Counted from the first letter of the stretch, positions 33,522-43,325 are shown. The stretch is DNA of 64,000 nt from Eubacteriales bacterium (GCA_045587745.1 JAZNCU010000029.1:2902-66901), one strand, 5' to 3'. The notes: generated by a model not told the origin, from the sequence alone. Numbers and translations: made by a program.

Positions 33522-36158
33522 ATGCAACCGCTTTCTCTTAACGTTATCCGCAAAAAATATCTCGAGTTTTTTGAGAGCAAGGGACACCTCTGCCTCAACT
33601 CGTTCCCCCTCGTTCCTCAGGACGATGACTCGCTTTTGCTTATAAACGCAGGCATGGCACCCCTTAAGCGCTATTTCACGGGCGAGCGTGTTCCTCCGAG
33701 AAAAAGAGTTACCACCTGCCAAAAATGCGTGCGTACTCTCGATATCGACAACGTCGGTAAAACCGCACGTCACGGCACCTTCTTCGAGATGCTTGGCAAC
33801 TTCTCCTTTGGTGATTATTTCAAGGAGGAGGCTATTCCCTGGGCGTGGGAATTCCTTACCAAGGTTATGGAAATCCCCGAGGACAGGCTCTATCCCTCGG
33901 TTTACGTTGAGGACGACGAGGCTTTTGATATCTGGGTTAAAAACGGCGTGCCTGCCGATAGAATAGTCCGTCTCGGCAAGGATGATAATTTTTGGGAAAT
34001 CGGCTCGGGTCCCTGCGTCCCCTGCTCCGAGATCTATTTTGACCGCGGACTCAAATACGGCTGCGGCAGGCCCGATTGCAAGCCCGGCTGTGAGTGCGAC
34101 AGATTTATTGAAATTTGGAACATAGTATTTACTCAGTTCGACAGTGACGGAAACGGCACCTACACCCGTCTTGCTCACCCCAATATCGATACCGGTATGG
34201 GACTCGAGCGCCTTGCCTGCGTAATGCAGGACGTAGGTAACCTTTTTGAGGTCGATACAAACAAAACCATTATGGACAAGGTGTGCTCTATTGCAGGCAA
34301 AACCTACGGCGGAAGCGCTGCTGACAGCGATGTATCGCTCCGTGTTATTACCGACCACATCAAAACCGCAACCTTCCTTATCGGCGACGGCGTTATTCCC
34401 TCCAACGAGGGCAGGGGATATATCCTCCGCCGTGTGCTCCGCCGTGCGGCGCGTCACGGACGTCTTCTCGGCATCAAGGGTACATTCCTCGGTGAGGTTT
34501 GCGATACCTGTATCGAGATGAATCAGGGCGCTTATCCCGAGCTTGCCGACCGTAAGGAATATATCAAAAAGACCATCAAAGCCGAGGAGGACCGCTTTGC
34601 GCAGACCCTCGATGCAGGTCTTGCAATTCTTGATAAAATGCTTGCTTCGGTTGTTGCCGAGGGCAAAAACGTTCTCTCGGGAGCCGATGTATTCAAGCTC
34701 TACGATACCTTCGGATTCCCCATTGATCTCACTAAGGAGATCACCTCCGAGAAGGGTATTACTGTTGACGAGCAGGCGTTCACCGCACTTATGCTCGAGC
34801 AGAAAAAGCGTGCACGTGAGGCCAGAGCAAACATCGATGCCGGTTGGACGGGCGACGGACTTTCGATGATCGATAAGAGCGTCAAGACTGTTTTTGTCGG
34901 CTATACCGAGCTTGAGTGCGATTGCAATATCGAGTATATTCTTGCAAACGGCGAGGATATGGGTGTTCTTGCATCGGGCGATGCAGTTATTATTACAGAT
35001 AAAACTCCCTTCTATGCCGAGAGCGGCGGACAGATAGGCGACAATGGCACTATCACCACCCAGAGCGGCGTATTTACGGTTACCGATACCAAAAAAACCC
35101 CCGAGGGACAGTACCTCCACGTAGGATATGTCTCCGAGGGAAGCATTGCAAAGGGTGCGGCTCACGCATCTGTATGCGCTAATACGAGATACGCTATTAT
35201 GCGTAACCACTCCTCGCTCCATCTGCTTCAGGCAGCACTCCGTAAGGTGCTCGGAAGCCACGTCGAGCAGGCGGGCTCCTATGTAAGCGCAAGCATCGGC
35301 AGGTTTGACTTTACCCACGGAAGCGCACTTACCTCCGAGGAGATTGCTCTCGTTGAGGATGAGGTCAACAATGCAATTCTTGCAAACCTTGCCGTTACCA
35401 CAGCCGAGATGAGCATCGACGAGGCGCGTGCCTCGGGCGCTATGGCTCTCTTTGGCGAAAAGTACGGTGACAGCGTCCGTGTTGTTTCTATGGGCGAGTT
35501 TTCCAAAGAGCTTTGCGGCGGCACCCACGCAAGCGCAACCGGTAACCTCGGCGCATTCCGTATACTTTCGGAGTCCTCCGTTGCCGCAGGCGTCAGAAGA
35601 ATCGAGTGTGTGACGGGTATGAACACCGTTGCCGTTATGAAGAATAACGAGCAGCTTATTGCTACTCTTGCTTCCAAGCTCAAATCCACCGGAAGCGACG
35701 ATCTTCTCCGCAAGGCAGATGCTCTTACCGATGAGGTAAAGAGACTTAAAAAAGAGCTTGAGGCCGCAAACCGCAAGCTGGCTCTCTCCTCGATCGACGA
35801 TGCTTACAACAATGCTGTCGTGATCGGAAGCGTCAAGCTCGTTAAAGCCAACTTTGACGGTATAGCTATTGATGCGCTTCGTGATTCTGCCGACTCGGTA
35901 GTTCAAAAGGATGCATGCGCTGTTTGCCTGTTCTCAACCGTTGTTGACGGAAAGCTCCTCCTCGCATCCGCTTGCGGCGAGAGTGCGGTCAAGGCAGGCG
36001 CACACGCAGGTAATTTGCTCAAGGCTGTATCGCCCATCGTAGGCGGCGGCGGTGGCGGAAGACCCAACAGCGCAACTTCCGGCGGAAAGGATGCTGCCAA
36101 GCTCCCCGAGGCATTTGCCGAGGCAGATAAAATTCTTGCATCACAACTGAAAGGATAA
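33522..36158 (+). CDS. alaS: alanine--tRNA ligase
   Basis: 878 aa. It shows FFESKGH, the class II motif-2 region RHGTFFEMLGNFSFGDYFK, the editing domain HSSLHLLQAAL...CGGTH, and a C-terminal DHHA1 with GGGGGGRP. Confidence 0.97.
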   Translation: MQPLSLNVIRKKYLEFFESKGHLCLNSFPLVPQDDDSLLLINAGMAPLKRYFTGERVPPRKRVTTCQKCVRTLDIDNVGKTARHGTFFEMLGNFSFGDYFKEEAIPWAWEFLTKVMEIPEDRLYPSVYVEDDEAFDIWVKNGVPADRIVRLGKDDNFWEIGSGPCVPCSEIYFDRGLKYGCGRPDCKPGCECDRFIEIWNIVFTQFDSDGNGTYTRLAHPNIDTGMGLERLACVMQDVGNLFEVDTNKTIMDKVCSIAGKTYGGSAADSDVSLRVITDHIKTATFLIGDGVIPSNEGRGYILRRVLRRAARHGRLLGIKGTFLGEVCDTCIEMNQGAYPELADRKEYIKKTIKAEEDRFAQTLDAGLAILDKMLASVVAEGKNVLSGADVFKLYDTFGFPIDLTKEITSEKGITVDEQAFTALMLEQKKRAREARANIDAGWTGDGLSMIDKSVKTVFVGYTELECDCNIEYILANGEDMGVLASGDAVIITDKTPFYAESGGQIGDNGTITTQSGVFTVTDTKKTPEGQYLHVGYVSEGSIAKGAAHASVCANTRYAIMRNHSSLHLLQAALRKVLGSHVEQAGSYVSASIGRFDFTHGSALTSEEIALVEDEVNNAILANLAVTTAEMSIDEARASGAMALFGEKYGDSVRVVSMGEFSKELCGGTHASATGNLGAFRILSESSVAAGVRRIECVTGMNTVAVMKNNEQLIATLASKLKSTGSDDLLRKADALTDEVKRLKKELEAANRKLALSSIDDAYNNAVVIGSVKLVKANFDGIAIDALRDSADSVVQKDACAVCLFSTVVDGKLLLASACGESAVKAGAHAGNLLKAVSPIVGGGGGGRPNSATSGGKDAAKLPEAFAEADKILASQLKG

Positions 36159-36163
36159 TAAAA

Positions 36164-36502
36164 ATGGACTGCCTGTTTTGTTCTATCATCAAGGGCGATA
36201 TTCCCTCTGCAAAGGTTTTTGAAAACGATAGTGTCTATGCCTTCAAGGACATTAACCCCAATGCTCCCGTCCACGTTTTGGTTGTCCCCAAAATGCATAT
36301 TGACTCGCTTGATTGCGTCTGCACCGACAACCTTTCTGCCGTTTCGGCGGTTGTTGCAGCTATCCCCGAGGTTGCAAGGCTTTGCGGACTTGTCGGCGGC
36401 TACCGTGTAATTACGAATATCGGTGAGGACGGCGGACAGAGCGTCAAGCACCTCCATTTCCATATTCTGGGCGGCGAAAAGCTACCCGTAAAACTCGCTT
36501 AA
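36164..36502 (+). CDS. HIT family protein (Hint-like nucleotide hydrolase)
   Basis: 112 aa with CLFCSIIKGDIPS and the histidine triad HLHFHILGG. Confidence 0.9.
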   Translation: MDCLFCSIIKGDIPSAKVFENDSVYAFKDINPNAPVHVLVVPKMHIDSLDCVCTDNLSAVSAVVAAIPEVARLCGLVGGYRVITNIGEDGGQSVKHLHFHILGGEKLPVKLA

Positions 36503-36515
36503 AAGGAGTCTTATA

Positions 36516-37094
36516 ATGCTAAAAATTGCTATTGACCCCAAAACCTGTACCGAGTACCCTATGGAGATTGCGGGCGTTACTCGTAACCTTCCTATTTGCA
36601 AGGTCAACGACAGCCTTTATATCGGCGCATTCGTTATTTTTGGTGACGTTGAGCTTACGGTTGCATGTGCACAGGCGCTTTGCGACAGGCTTCCCGAGCA
36701 CGATCTGCTCATTACAGCTGAGGCAAAGGGCATTCCTCTTATCTGCGAAATGGCCCGCATACTCGATGCTGAGCGTTATATTGTTGCCCGTAAATCGCCA
36801 AAGCTCTATATGAAGGATCCTATTTCGATAGTTGTCCGTTCCATTACAACCGCAACTCTGCAAAACCTTTATCTCGATAAATCCGACGTTGACTATATCA
36901 AGGGTAAGCGTGTTGTTATCGTCGACGACGTTATCAGCACGGGCGAGTCGCTCCACGCTGTTGAGGAACTCGTAAAAATGGCAGGCGGCAACATTGTTGC
37001 CAAAATGGCTATTCTTGCCGAGGGCGAGGCGGCTGATCGTGACGATATCACGTATCTTAACGAGCTTCCTCTCTTTGTCCCCGAGGAAAAATAG
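36516..37094 (+). CDS. phosphoribosyltransferase family protein (purine/adenine PRTase-like)
   Basis: 192 aa with the PRPP-binding motif VVIVDDVISTGESL. The substrate is not determinable. Confidence 0.7.
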   Translation: MLKIAIDPKTCTEYPMEIAGVTRNLPICKVNDSLYIGAFVIFGDVELTVACAQALCDRLPEHDLLITAEAKGIPLICEMARILDAERYIVARKSPKLYMKDPISIVVRSITTATLQNLYLDKSDVDYIKGKRVVIVDDVISTGESLHAVEELVKMAGGNIVAKMAILAEGEAADRDDITYLNELPLFVPEEK

Positions 37095-37113
37095 TTTTAC
37101 GTCAGGATAGATC

Positions 37114-39303
37114 TTGTTCGGAAATCGCAAATTAGCATCGTATGTGTCGTTTTTTGCGTTAGGTGTCGTATTTACGGCACTTTTGGCGCTGTCTGACGTA
37201 TGGATATTTTGCATTATACCGTCGGTCGTCTGTATTGCGGCGTTAATTGTCTTTTTTGCACTATCCAAAAGAGATTCAAAACAAATCCGTATTAAAAAGG
37301 CGGCTGCGGCAGCGGTCGCCTTTTTTGTGCTTGGAATGCTCCGCACAGGGCTTTTTGACCTTAAACTTGATTCGCTTTCGGAGTTTTCGGGTAGGAATGA
37401 TACAGTAACCGTAACGGTTACCGACGTCGGAACTTTTTCGGATATCGGTACAGTTACGGGCAAGGTGACCGCAAGTGATGCCGACGTCCCAAGCGGTACA
37501 AAGATACGGTTTTTCCTTGAGAACAAGGACTACGAGATAAAGGTTGGAGATAGCGTGGAGTTATACGCCTGCTATCAAACCCATACAAGCAGCTACCTGC
37601 TTTCCGATGCGGTAATGCTTTCGGCAGGAGGCAGGGTTTTGTCGGTCGATAAAGGGACGGGGGCTGTCTACAGCTTCAGACGGTTCATTACCAAGCAGTG
37701 TGATATGCTGTTATCGCCTTTGAATGTTCCCGTTGCAAAGGCGGTAACGGTAGGCGACACGGAAATGCTTTCGGGCTACGATTATTCGATGTACAACAGT
37801 GCCGGAATATCGCACCTTCTGGCAATAAGCGGACTGCATATAACGCTTATTACAATGGGGTTATACGGCTTTTTGGGCAGTGTTTTCGTCGGGCGGAAAA
37901 CCCGCAGCATAATATGCTCGATGGTTGCTCTGTTTTACTCTGCGGCGGTTGGATTTTCACCGTCCTCCGTTCGTGCGGCAATAATGATTTGCATTATGCT
38001 GCTTGCGCGTCTTTTCGTCAGGCGTGCCGATGGGATCACGTCAATGTTTTTTGCGTTGTTCGTTCTTCTTTCGGTAAATCCCTATGCAATATTCTCGCTC
38101 GGACTTCAGCTTTCGTTTTTGTGCTGTCTGGGACTTCGTCTTGTTGCGCCTGCGATAAATACATATTTGCAATCGGTGCTTGACCGTTTTAAGAGCAAAG
38201 GCTTTTTTGTAAAACGGTGTATGGATATTCTTTTGACGGTGGCAACATCCTTGGTCAGCTCCGCAACGGTGGTGGCTTTCTCGTTTCCTGCACTGTTTTT
38301 ATCGGTCAGCAGTATGTCATATTTATCTCCGCTGATCAATATTTTTGCCATTCCTTTGTTCTCGCTTGCACTTTCGTTAACACTCTTTGCAGTGCTGATT
38401 TCGGTTATATGGCTGCCGTTGGCAGGGATTGTCGCCGTGCCTGCAGATTGGATATTTACTCTGCTTCGCAAGCTGTGCGAGCATATCCACGGTATGGGAG
38501 TCGGCAGCATTTCGCTTTTGAGTAAGCCGGCATTCTTACCGCTTCTGTTTTCGGTATTGTTAGTTGGCGCACTGCTTTTCTTCCGCAGGAGAAGGGGAGT
38601 TATAGCCGTATGTATACTTTTGTCGTTTTCGTTATCTGTCGGAGTGTGCAGCTTATACGATAGGCTTTATAACCAGCGGAACACCGTGATCGAGGTTGCG
38701 GGCAACGTCTATTTTTCGCAAAGGGGTAGCAACTGCTACGTCGATTTCGGCGGCTATTCCGCACCGATAAATGCCATTTACCGTCACGGTATGACGTCGC
38801 TTGATTACTATATGCTTGCGGGGTATGACGGATACACCCTAAACCGTATTGATGCCGTCACCTCCGAGCTGGCAGTAAAAACAGTTTTGCTTCCTGCGCC
38901 GACGGATGAGGAATCGCTTGATACATTTATTGCCGTAAAGCAGTTGGCAACGAGCCGAAAATGTGCTATAATCATATATAACGATTTGTTTTCGCTTGAT
39001 GTGTCGGATACCGACCTGTTTTTCTCTCCCTGCGGTGACGGAAATATGCTTACCGTAATTTCAGACGATTTCAATATACTTGTGCTCGGCAGAGATTGCG
39101 ATGCAGACGTGCGTTGCGATATTGCCGTGCTGACCGATTCGTATAACGGAATACCGGATAACATTATTTGTGATACGATTTGTATATCCTCGGACAGCAG
39201 TCCGGGGTTTTACCTGACTGATGCCGACACCCGTGTTTACGGGGACGGTATTTGCATAAGATTCAAAGATAAAAGAGGAGAGCCTTTGATTTATGAGCCT
39301 TGA
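37114..39303 (+). CDS. comEC: ComEC/Rec2 family DNA internalization channel protein
   Basis: 729 aa and polytopic. The competence-domain signature is GISHLLAISGLHITLI. The start is a non-ATG codon (TTG in the track), and its exact position is uncertain. Confidence 0.85.
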   Translation: MFGNRKLASYVSFFALGVVFTALLALSDVWIFCIIPSVVCIAALIVFFALSKRDSKQIRIKKAAAAAVAFFVLGMLRTGLFDLKLDSLSEFSGRNDTVTVTVTDVGTFSDIGTVTGKVTASDADVPSGTKIRFFLENKDYEIKVGDSVELYACYQTHTSSYLLSDAVMLSAGGRVLSVDKGTGAVYSFRRFITKQCDMLLSPLNVPVAKAVTVGDTEMLSGYDYSMYNSAGISHLLAISGLHITLITMGLYGFLGSVFVGRKTRSIICSMVALFYSAAVGFSPSSVRAAIMICIMLLARLFVRRADGITSMFFALFVLLSVNPYAIFSLGLQLSFLCCLGLRLVAPAINTYLQSVLDRFKSKGFFVKRCMDILLTVATSLVSSATVVAFSFPALFLSVSSMSYLSPLINIFAIPLFSLALSLTLFAVLISVIWLPLAGIVAVPADWIFTLLRKLCEHIHGMGVGSISLLSKPAFLPLLFSVLLVGALLFFRRRRGVIAVCILLSFSLSVGVCSLYDRLYNQRNTVIEVAGNVYFSQRGSNCYVDFGGYSAPINAIYRHGMTSLDYYMLAGYDGYTLNRIDAVTSELAVKTVLLPAPTDEESLDTFIAVKQLATSRKCAIIIYNDLFSLDVSDTDLFFSPCGDGNMLTVISDDFNILVLGRDCDADVRCDIAVLTDSYNGIPDNIICDTICISSDSSPGFYLTDADTRVYGDGICIRFKDKRGEPLIYEP

Positions 39304-40351
39304 TACCCTCAAAAACCGAATAAAAGACGGTGAGCTGTCGGGTGTTTTTATGCTTTGCGGACGTGAGGAGTATACAAAGGACCATTACGCAAGCCTTATC
39401 CGAAAAACGGCTCTCGATTCGCCCTTGCCCGATTTTAACTATATTCGGTACGATGCCTCGGCGCAGTCGCTTGCCGAGCTTGAGGATGCAATGTTTTCGC
39501 TTCCGTATATGTGGGATAGGAAGGTTATTGAGATAATTAACCTCGATATCTATAAGCTGTCCGAGTCGGCTGCCGAGGGGTACGCCGGGATATTTTCGCA
39601 GATACCCGAGGAGATATCGGTTTTGCTGGTATTCCGTGGGGATGAATACCCCAAGGAATCCAAAGCTCCCAAAAAGGATGACACCGCCAAGAAAACAAAA
39701 GCAGGTCACAGGATTTTTGTTTCTGCGGTCGAAAAGTACGGGCTTCTTGTCGATTTTGCCTCCTCTCCTGCGGATAAGCTGGTTACCTGGATACTTCGCC
39801 ATTTTAAGGCAAAGGGCGTTTCTGTCGATTCCGAGGTTCCAAAGGAGCTGCTTAATATCTGCGGAAGCGATATGTATGTCCTGCAGGGCGAGATAGAAAA
39901 GCTTTGCATCGCCTGTGAGGGCGAAACGGTAAATCCCTCGCACGTGCGTAAATATTGCTGCGAGAATGCCGAATATAAGTATTACGACCTTGCCGATGCT
40001 ATGATTCGCAGGGATATTATTACTTCAAAAAACATTATAGAATCGCTTGAGCTCGGCAAAAACGAGATCGGTATGGCTCTCGGATATCTGGCAAAGCAGT
40101 ACGCCGATATGATGCTTGTAAAGACTGCTCTCGATGCAGGTAAAAGCATATCGCAGACAGCGTCGGCTACTAAGATACCCGATTGGCGTGTGCGTAAGAT
40201 AGCATCTGCAGTCAGCGGTAAAAAGCTATCGGAGATTGCTTTTGCGGCATCAATAATTGCATCTGCCGACACGAAGATAAAGACCTATCGCGGCGATCCT
40301 AAAAGGATACTCGAGCTGTCGGTCTACAGGATTTGTGCTTATGGAAAATAA
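39293..40351 (+). CDS. holA: DNA polymerase III subunit delta
   Basis: 352 aa. The assignment rests on an N-terminus typical of HolA (VFMLCGREEY), the conserved position after comEC, and an 11-nt overlap with the comEC end. Confidence 0.8.
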   Translation: MSLDTLKNRIKDGELSGVFMLCGREEYTKDHYASLIRKTALDSPLPDFNYIRYDASAQSLAELEDAMFSLPYMWDRKVIEIINLDIYKLSESAAEGYAGIFSQIPEEISVLLVFRGDEYPKESKAPKKDDTAKKTKAGHRIFVSAVEKYGLLVDFASSPADKLVTWILRHFKAKGVSVDSEVPKELLNICGSDMYVLQGEIEKLCIACEGETVNPSHVRKYCCENAEYKYYDLADAMIRRDIITSKNIIESLELGKNEIGMALGYLAKQYADMMLVKTALDAGKSISQTASATKIPDWRVRKIASAVSGKKLSEIAFAASIIASADTKIKTYRGDPKRILELSVYRICAYGK

Positions 40352-40352
40352 A

Positions 40353-40937
40353 ATGCGATTGATATGCCCCGTTGTAGTCGAGGGTAGGTATGATAAAGCG
40401 AAGGTTTGTGCAGTGGTCGAGACTCCTGTTATTTCTATCGACGGTTTTTCGGTATTTAATAATAACGAAAAAAAGCAGTTGCTCAAAAGGCTGTGCGGTG
40501 AGACGGGACTGATTATTCTTACCGACAGCGACCGTGCAGGCGGCTTTATACGTTCAAAGCTTAAAGGCTTTTTAAGCGGAAATGTTTATAATGTGTACAT
40601 TCCGCCCGTAGAGGGCAAGGAACGCCGTAAGCAAACGGCAGGCGCCGACGGTCTTTTGGGCGTGGAGGGAATGAGCACAAGCGTTATAAGGGAGCTGCTT
40701 GAGCCTTACAGGGACGGCAATAAAAAAGCTGTCGGCGGTATTACCAAGGCACGCTTTTATGCAGACGGCTTTTCGGGCAGACCCGATTCCTCCAAAAACA
40801 GGGAGCTGCTTGCAAAAAGGCTCTCACTTCCTATCGGCATCACGGCAAATGCGCTTTTGGAGGCAGTCAATCTGCTGGTCAGCGAGGAGGAGTATTCCCG
40901 CCTTGTAAACGATCTTGTTGAGGATACGGATGAATAA
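40353..40937 (+). CDS. Toprim-domain protein (DUF4093 / RNase M5-like)
   Basis: It shows VVEGRYDK and the Toprim acidic cluster ILTDSDRAG. Start choice among ATG 40335, 40341 and 40353 is uncertain. ATG 40353 lies just past the holA stop. Confidence 0.65.
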   Translation: MRLICPVVVEGRYDKAKVCAVVETPVISIDGFSVFNNNEKKQLLKRLCGETGLIILTDSDRAGGFIRSKLKGFLSGNVYNVYIPPVEGKERRKQTAGADGLLGVEGMSTSVIRELLEPYRDGNKKAVGGITKARFYADGFSGRPDSSKNRELLAKRLSLPIGITANALLEAVNLLVSEEEYSRLVNDLVEDTDE

Positions 40938-42213
40938 AAAAGTAGGAATCGTCACACTCGGATGCCGTGTTAATTGGTATGAGTCGGTGGCTATCGCTGA
41001 GCTTCTTTCAAAGCAGGGCTTTATCCCCGTGAGCGAGGAATCCGATTGTGATTACTATATCGTAAACACGTGCGCTGTTACTGCCGAGAGCGAGCGCAAA
41101 AGCCGTCAGGCTGTACGCAGGGCGGCATTAAAGGGTAAAACCTGTGTAATCGGCTGTGCATCTCAGCTCAGTGACAGCTTCTCAAAAATCAATAACGTTA
41201 TATATACGGGAGGATGCAGGGATAAGCTCGGGTGCATCTCGGCTATTACGGGAGATATACCGTATGGTACCAATGCCGTGGTTCCTATGGACGGCGCACC
41301 GTACGAGGCGATGACCGTAAGCGGAGAGGGAAAGCTGTTCTCGGAATGCCGTGCGTTCGTAAAAATTCAGGACGGCTGTAACGGAAAATGTACGTATTGC
41401 ATTATTCCCACCTGCAGAGGAAGCGTGCGTTCACGTCCTTTACAGGAAATCAAGGATGAGGCTCTGAGGCTTGTATCTAACGGATATAAGGAAATAATAC
41501 TTACGGGTATTGAGACCTCAGCCTATAACCAAGCGCCGCTTCAGAGTCTTATAGAGACGCTGAGCGAGGTGGATGGGCTTTACCGTGTGAGGCTTGGCTC
41601 GCTTACTCCGAACATTATTACCGAGCAGCTGCTGCAGTCGGTCGTTAAGAGTAAAAACTTTATGCCTCATTTTCATTTGTCGCTGCAGTCCTGCTGTGAC
41701 AGCGTGCTTGCCGATATGAAAAGGCCCTACCGCAAGTCGGATATCATCTCAAAAATAGAGCTGATTCGGTCGGCGGTCAAGGATGCGCTGATTTCGGCGG
41801 ATATTATCGTCGGATTTCCGGGCGAGAGCGCTGATGATTTTGAGGAAACGGTCAACACTCTTAAAGAGCTTAATCTCTACAGAGTTCATTCGTTTCCGTA
41901 TTCGGAGCGTGAGGGTACTCCTGCCGCCACGTTTGCAAACCCGGTGCCAAAAAGTGAGCGGAAGCGTCGTAATAACGAGCTGATTCTTGCTGTGCGGGAA
42001 AACTACCAAAGTACGGTTCGTTCACTTGCGGGCAAGCACGCCGAGGTTCTTGTCGAAAAGGTAATCGGTAACACCGCATTCGGACATACCGAGAGCTTTT
42101 TGGAGGTATCCTTTCCGTGTGAGGATGTGGCTGTCGGTGATATTGTAGAGGTAATTATAAACGACAAGTTGTGTGACGGAACGGTGTCCGTTACTGTGTA
42201 TAATCAGAGGTGA
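40930..42213 (+). CDS. mtaB: tRNA methylthiotransferase, MtaB/MiaB family radical SAM enzyme
   Basis: It has an N-terminal UPF0004 domain (GIVTLGCRVNWYES), the radical SAM cluster CNGKCTYC, and a C-terminal TRAM-like domain. The start is ATG 40930 (MNKKV). Confidence 0.85.
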   Translation: MNKKVGIVTLGCRVNWYESVAIAELLSKQGFIPVSEESDCDYYIVNTCAVTAESERKSRQAVRRAALKGKTCVIGCASQLSDSFSKINNVIYTGGCRDKLGCISAITGDIPYGTNAVVPMDGAPYEAMTVSGEGKLFSECRAFVKIQDGCNGKCTYCIIPTCRGSVRSRPLQEIKDEALRLVSNGYKEIILTGIETSAYNQAPLQSLIETLSEVDGLYRVRLGSLTPNIITEQLLQSVVKSKNFMPHFHLSLQSCCDSVLADMKRPYRKSDIISKIELIRSAVKDALISADIIVGFPGESADDFEETVNTLKELNLYRVHSFPYSEREGTPAATFANPVPKSERKRRNNELILAVRENYQSTVRSLAGKHAEVLVEKVIGNTAFGHTESFLEVSFPCEDVAVGDIVEVIINDKLCDGTVSVTVYNQR

Positions 42214-42218
42214 AATAT

Positions 42219-43325
42219 ATGTACGAGGAATTCGGAATAAATCTTATAGAGGAGCTTAAGAACGGCAAAAAAAGTCTGCTGTTCAAAAAAATCAGCTCGG
42301 TCAGCATCAATAATCAATACATTCAGCGAGCTTTTACCGAGTTTATCGACAGGGTGGATTGCGATGGCGTTTTTACCGTTGCCGACGTTCTGTTTCGAGC
42401 CGAGTCGGTTGTAAGCGGTACAGACCCCGAGCCGCTGTTCGACTATGATATAATTATGTATGACCCCGCCATTATGGCTTTGGTGCCCAAAAAGCTCCGT
42501 AAGAATACCTTTAACGGAATTTACGATCTGCTTTCCTGCCGTAACGGAGTGTTGCTTGACGTTTCCGCCATCGGCGGAAGTATTGCTGCTGCCGAGGCAA
42601 AGAGGTTTGCTGTTTCGGCTCCGAAAAAGACGGATGCTATGATTGCCGTATGTAATCGACTCGGAATAGGGGCTAAGCGGGTAGGTAAGATACTTGCTTC
42701 GGATACCGTAGTTTTTACCAACGACGGCAATGTAATTTTTGAGATTCCCAAAACCGAGTTTATTACCGATGAGTCGGTTTCGGTTTCGCTTGATGCGGCG
42801 CATTTTGACGGCTTTCACCGTGCATACCTTGCGGTGTGCAGCTATCTTTCCTGTAACTCGGTTTCTGCCGATAACGTTCTTAAATTTCCTGTTTCCGGTG
42901 ATATCGGAATTCTGCTTGCACGTGCGTTGGGATATTTTTCGGCAATGCTTTACGCAAGGCTTGCGCCATGCAGAATCGTATTCTCGGATACAAACGAGTT
43001 TACGGTTGCGGTTCCCAGACCTCAGATATCCGATGGCGACTATCTGTATTTTCTCAAGCCCCGTTGCGATGCGGGCGGCTTCCCCGAAAAATCGCACCAC
43101 GGTCAGATGAACCATTATATTGCACTTATGAAAAAGCAGGGAACAATAAAAAATGTTCTCCCTGTTAAGGAGAACATTTCGAGCACTGTTCAAAAGCTTT
43201 GCGGTGACAGCTTCGGCTATACAAAGCTTGCTGATTTTCCTACCGATAAATTCGGCGTGATCGTCACCGTTCCGAGAGGCTATTCGGTTAACGGAACAGT
43301 ACTTGGGGTATTTATAAGTAATTAA
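42219..43325 (+). CDS. hypothetical protein
   Basis: 368 aa from ATG 42219, which lies 7 nt after AGAGGTG and overlaps the mtaB stop region. No motif was recognised. It is chosen over the in-phase antisense ORF 42204-43445, whose composition is R/C/N-rich and un-protein-like. Confidence 0.55.
   Translation: MYEEFGINLIEELKNGKKSLLFKKISSVSINNQYIQRAFTEFIDRVDCDGVFTVADVLFRAESVVSGTDPEPLFDYDIIMYDPAIMALVPKKLRKNTFNGIYDLLSCRNGVLLDVSAIGGSIAAAEAKRFAVSAPKKTDAMIAVCNRLGIGAKRVGKILASDTVVFTNDGNVIFEIPKTEFITDESVSVSLDAAHFDGFHRAYLAVCSYLSCNSVSADNVLKFPVSGDIGILLARALGYFSAMLYARLAPCRIVFSDTNEFTVAVPRPQISDGDYLYFLKPRCDAGGFPEKSHHGQMNHYIALMKKQGTIKNVLPVKENISSTVQKLCGDSFGYTKLADFPTDKFGVIVTVPRGYSVNGTVLGVFISN

Noticed and set aside
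33501-35906. 801-aa ORF antisense to alaS
   Set aside because: It is the exact in-phase complement of the alaS codons. The open frame follows from the scarcity of TTA/CTA/TCA sense codons. The translation is low-complexity and C/R/G-rich, with no RBS context. alaS itself is unambiguous.
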